A DNA stretch of 64,000 bases, from assembly GCA_963722335.1 (NCBI GenBank), contig CAVRKY010000004.1, forward strand, positions 185,590 to 249,589. The letters run 5' to 3'. Made by a program: the position numbers and the translations under genes. The DNA comes from an uncultured Holophagaceae bacterium (GTDB lineage Bacteria; Acidobacteriota; Holophagae; Holophagales; Holophagaceae). The notes beneath the pieces were generated by a model. That model did no database searches, was not told the DNA's origin, and worked only from the letters and a program-made list of their open reading frames with translations. This document shows, piece after piece, positions 62,838-64,000 of this stretch (position 1 is its first letter; every line of letters starts with the position of its first letter).

Positions 62838-64000
62838 ATGTCCGATCCCATCTGCGCCCCCGCCACTCCGCTGCTGCCCTCGGCGGTGGCCATCGTGCGC
62901 GTGTCGGGCGCCGGGCTGGGGGAACGGCTGCGTTCCCTGGCGGCCCTGCCGCCCCCCCGGGAAGCGCGCCTGCGCACCCTGGCCTGGGACGACTACCGGG
63001 AAAAGGGCCTGGTGCTGTTCTTCCCGGCCCCCCACAGCTACACGGGGGAGGACTTGGCGGAATTCCACCTGCACGGCAACCCGCTGCTGGTGAGGCGTTT
63101 TCTGGAACACTTGGGAACACTGGGGATCCGTCTGGCGGAGCCGGGGGAGTTCACCCGCCGGGCCCTGCTCAACGGCAAGCAGAGCCTGCTGGAGGCGGAG
63201 GCCCTGAGGGACCTGGTGAATGCCGCCACGGACACCCAGGTGCGCCAGGCCCAGGCCCGGGCCGGGGCCCTGCCCGGGTGGGTGGTCCGCGCCAAGGACG
63301 CCTTGGCCCCCTGGCTGGCCCGGGCCGAGGCCAGCGTGGACTACGGGGAAGAGGAGGGCATCGCCCTGGACCTGGCGGCCATGCGCCGGGACCTGGGTCC
63401 CCTGAAGGAATTGTTCTACGTGGAACAGGGGCGGGCCAACGCGGCGGGCTGGCTGCTGGAGGGGATACGCCTCGCCCTGGTGGGCCGGCCCAATGCCGGC
63501 AAGAGCACCCTGTTCAACGTCCTGGCCGGCGCCGACCGGGCCATCGTCACCGAGCTGCCGGGCACCACCCGGGACGTGCTGGAGGCGCGGGTGCAGTGGG
63601 CGGGCCTGCCCCTGACCCTGTTCGACACCGCCGGGCTGCGCACCAGCGAGGACCCGGTGGAACGGCTGGGGGTGGAACGGGTGCGGGGCGTCCTGGAACG
63701 GGCGGACCTGATCCTGCACCTGGTGCCGCTCCCGGACCCGGAGCCCGATCCCCGCATCCTGGAACGCCTGGCGCCCTTCGCCGGCAAGACCCTGACCGTG
63801 CGCAACCAGGCGGACCTGGGCGGTGCGCCCGCCCCCGGGGAGCCCTGCATCTCGGCCCTGGCCGGGCACCTGGAGCCCCTGGCCGCCGCCTTGCGGGAGC
63901 GGTTCCTGGGGGGGCGGGCGCCGGACGCCTGCCTGGGGGCCCTGGCCACCCGCCGCCAGCGGGACCTGCTGGATGAGCTGGTGGTCCAGATGGACCTGCT
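62838..64000 (+). CDS. mnmE: tRNA modification GTPase MnmE (3'-truncated by the window edge)
   Basis: MSDPICAPAT, IVRVSG, HSYTGED, AEPGEFTRRA..NGK, GRPNAGKS, GTTRD, DTAG. Confidence 0.95.
   Translation, partial: MSDPICAPATPLLPSAVAIVRVSGAGLGERLRSLAALPPPREARLRTLAWDDYREKGLVLFFPAPHSYTGEDLAEFHLHGNPLLVRRFLEHLGTLGIRLAEPGEFTRRALLNGKQSLLEAEALRDLVNAATDTQVRQAQARAGALPGWVVRAKDALAPWLARAEASVDYGEEEGIALDLAAMRRDLGPLKELFYVEQGRANAAGWLLEGIRLALVGRPNAGKSTLFNVLAGADRAIVTELPGTTRDVLEARVQWAGLPLTLFDTAGLRTSEDPVERLGVERVRGVLERADLILHLVPLPDPEPDPRILERLAPFAGKTLTVRNQADLGGAPAPGEPCISALAGHLEPLAAALRERFLGGRAPDACLGALATRRQRDLLDELVVQMDL
63412..63427. promoter_or_regulatory. parS-like site within mnmE
   Basis: TGTTCTACGTGGAACA, one mismatch to the palindrome. 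Confidence 0.55.

Overview
High-GC bacterial chromosome segment, probably Acidobacteriota class Holophagae (inferred from gene content, not verified). It ends in the replication-origin cluster gyrA-gyrB-dnaN-dnaA / rpmH-rnpA-yidC-jag-mnmE and carries 4-5 parS palindromes. Other content: a GH32-like hydrolase and a sucrose-phosphate synthase/phosphatase, a cobalamin riboswitch ahead of btuB-F-C-D, a thiG-lipA-kinase-rlmN-rdgB run, a split 5'-nucleotidase, tRNA-Phe, a UbiD decarboxylase, a xanthine-dehydrogenase-family operon, purB, glyA and a type IV minor pilin/PilY1 operon. The most notable unannotated signals are three. (1) Two CTAG-flanked palindromic elements (2717-2885 and 26507-26784) have unrelated ends but share the internal motif CAAGGA-N6-CGAAG-hairpin-CGAGG-N5-GACGCAG. 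(2) A 48-aa Pro-rich peptide with three DPY repeats is coupled to rdgB. (3) Two paralogous ~42-aa single-TM micropeptides lie downstream of gyrA. Eight frameshifts, all single-base insertions, suggest long-read sequencing error.
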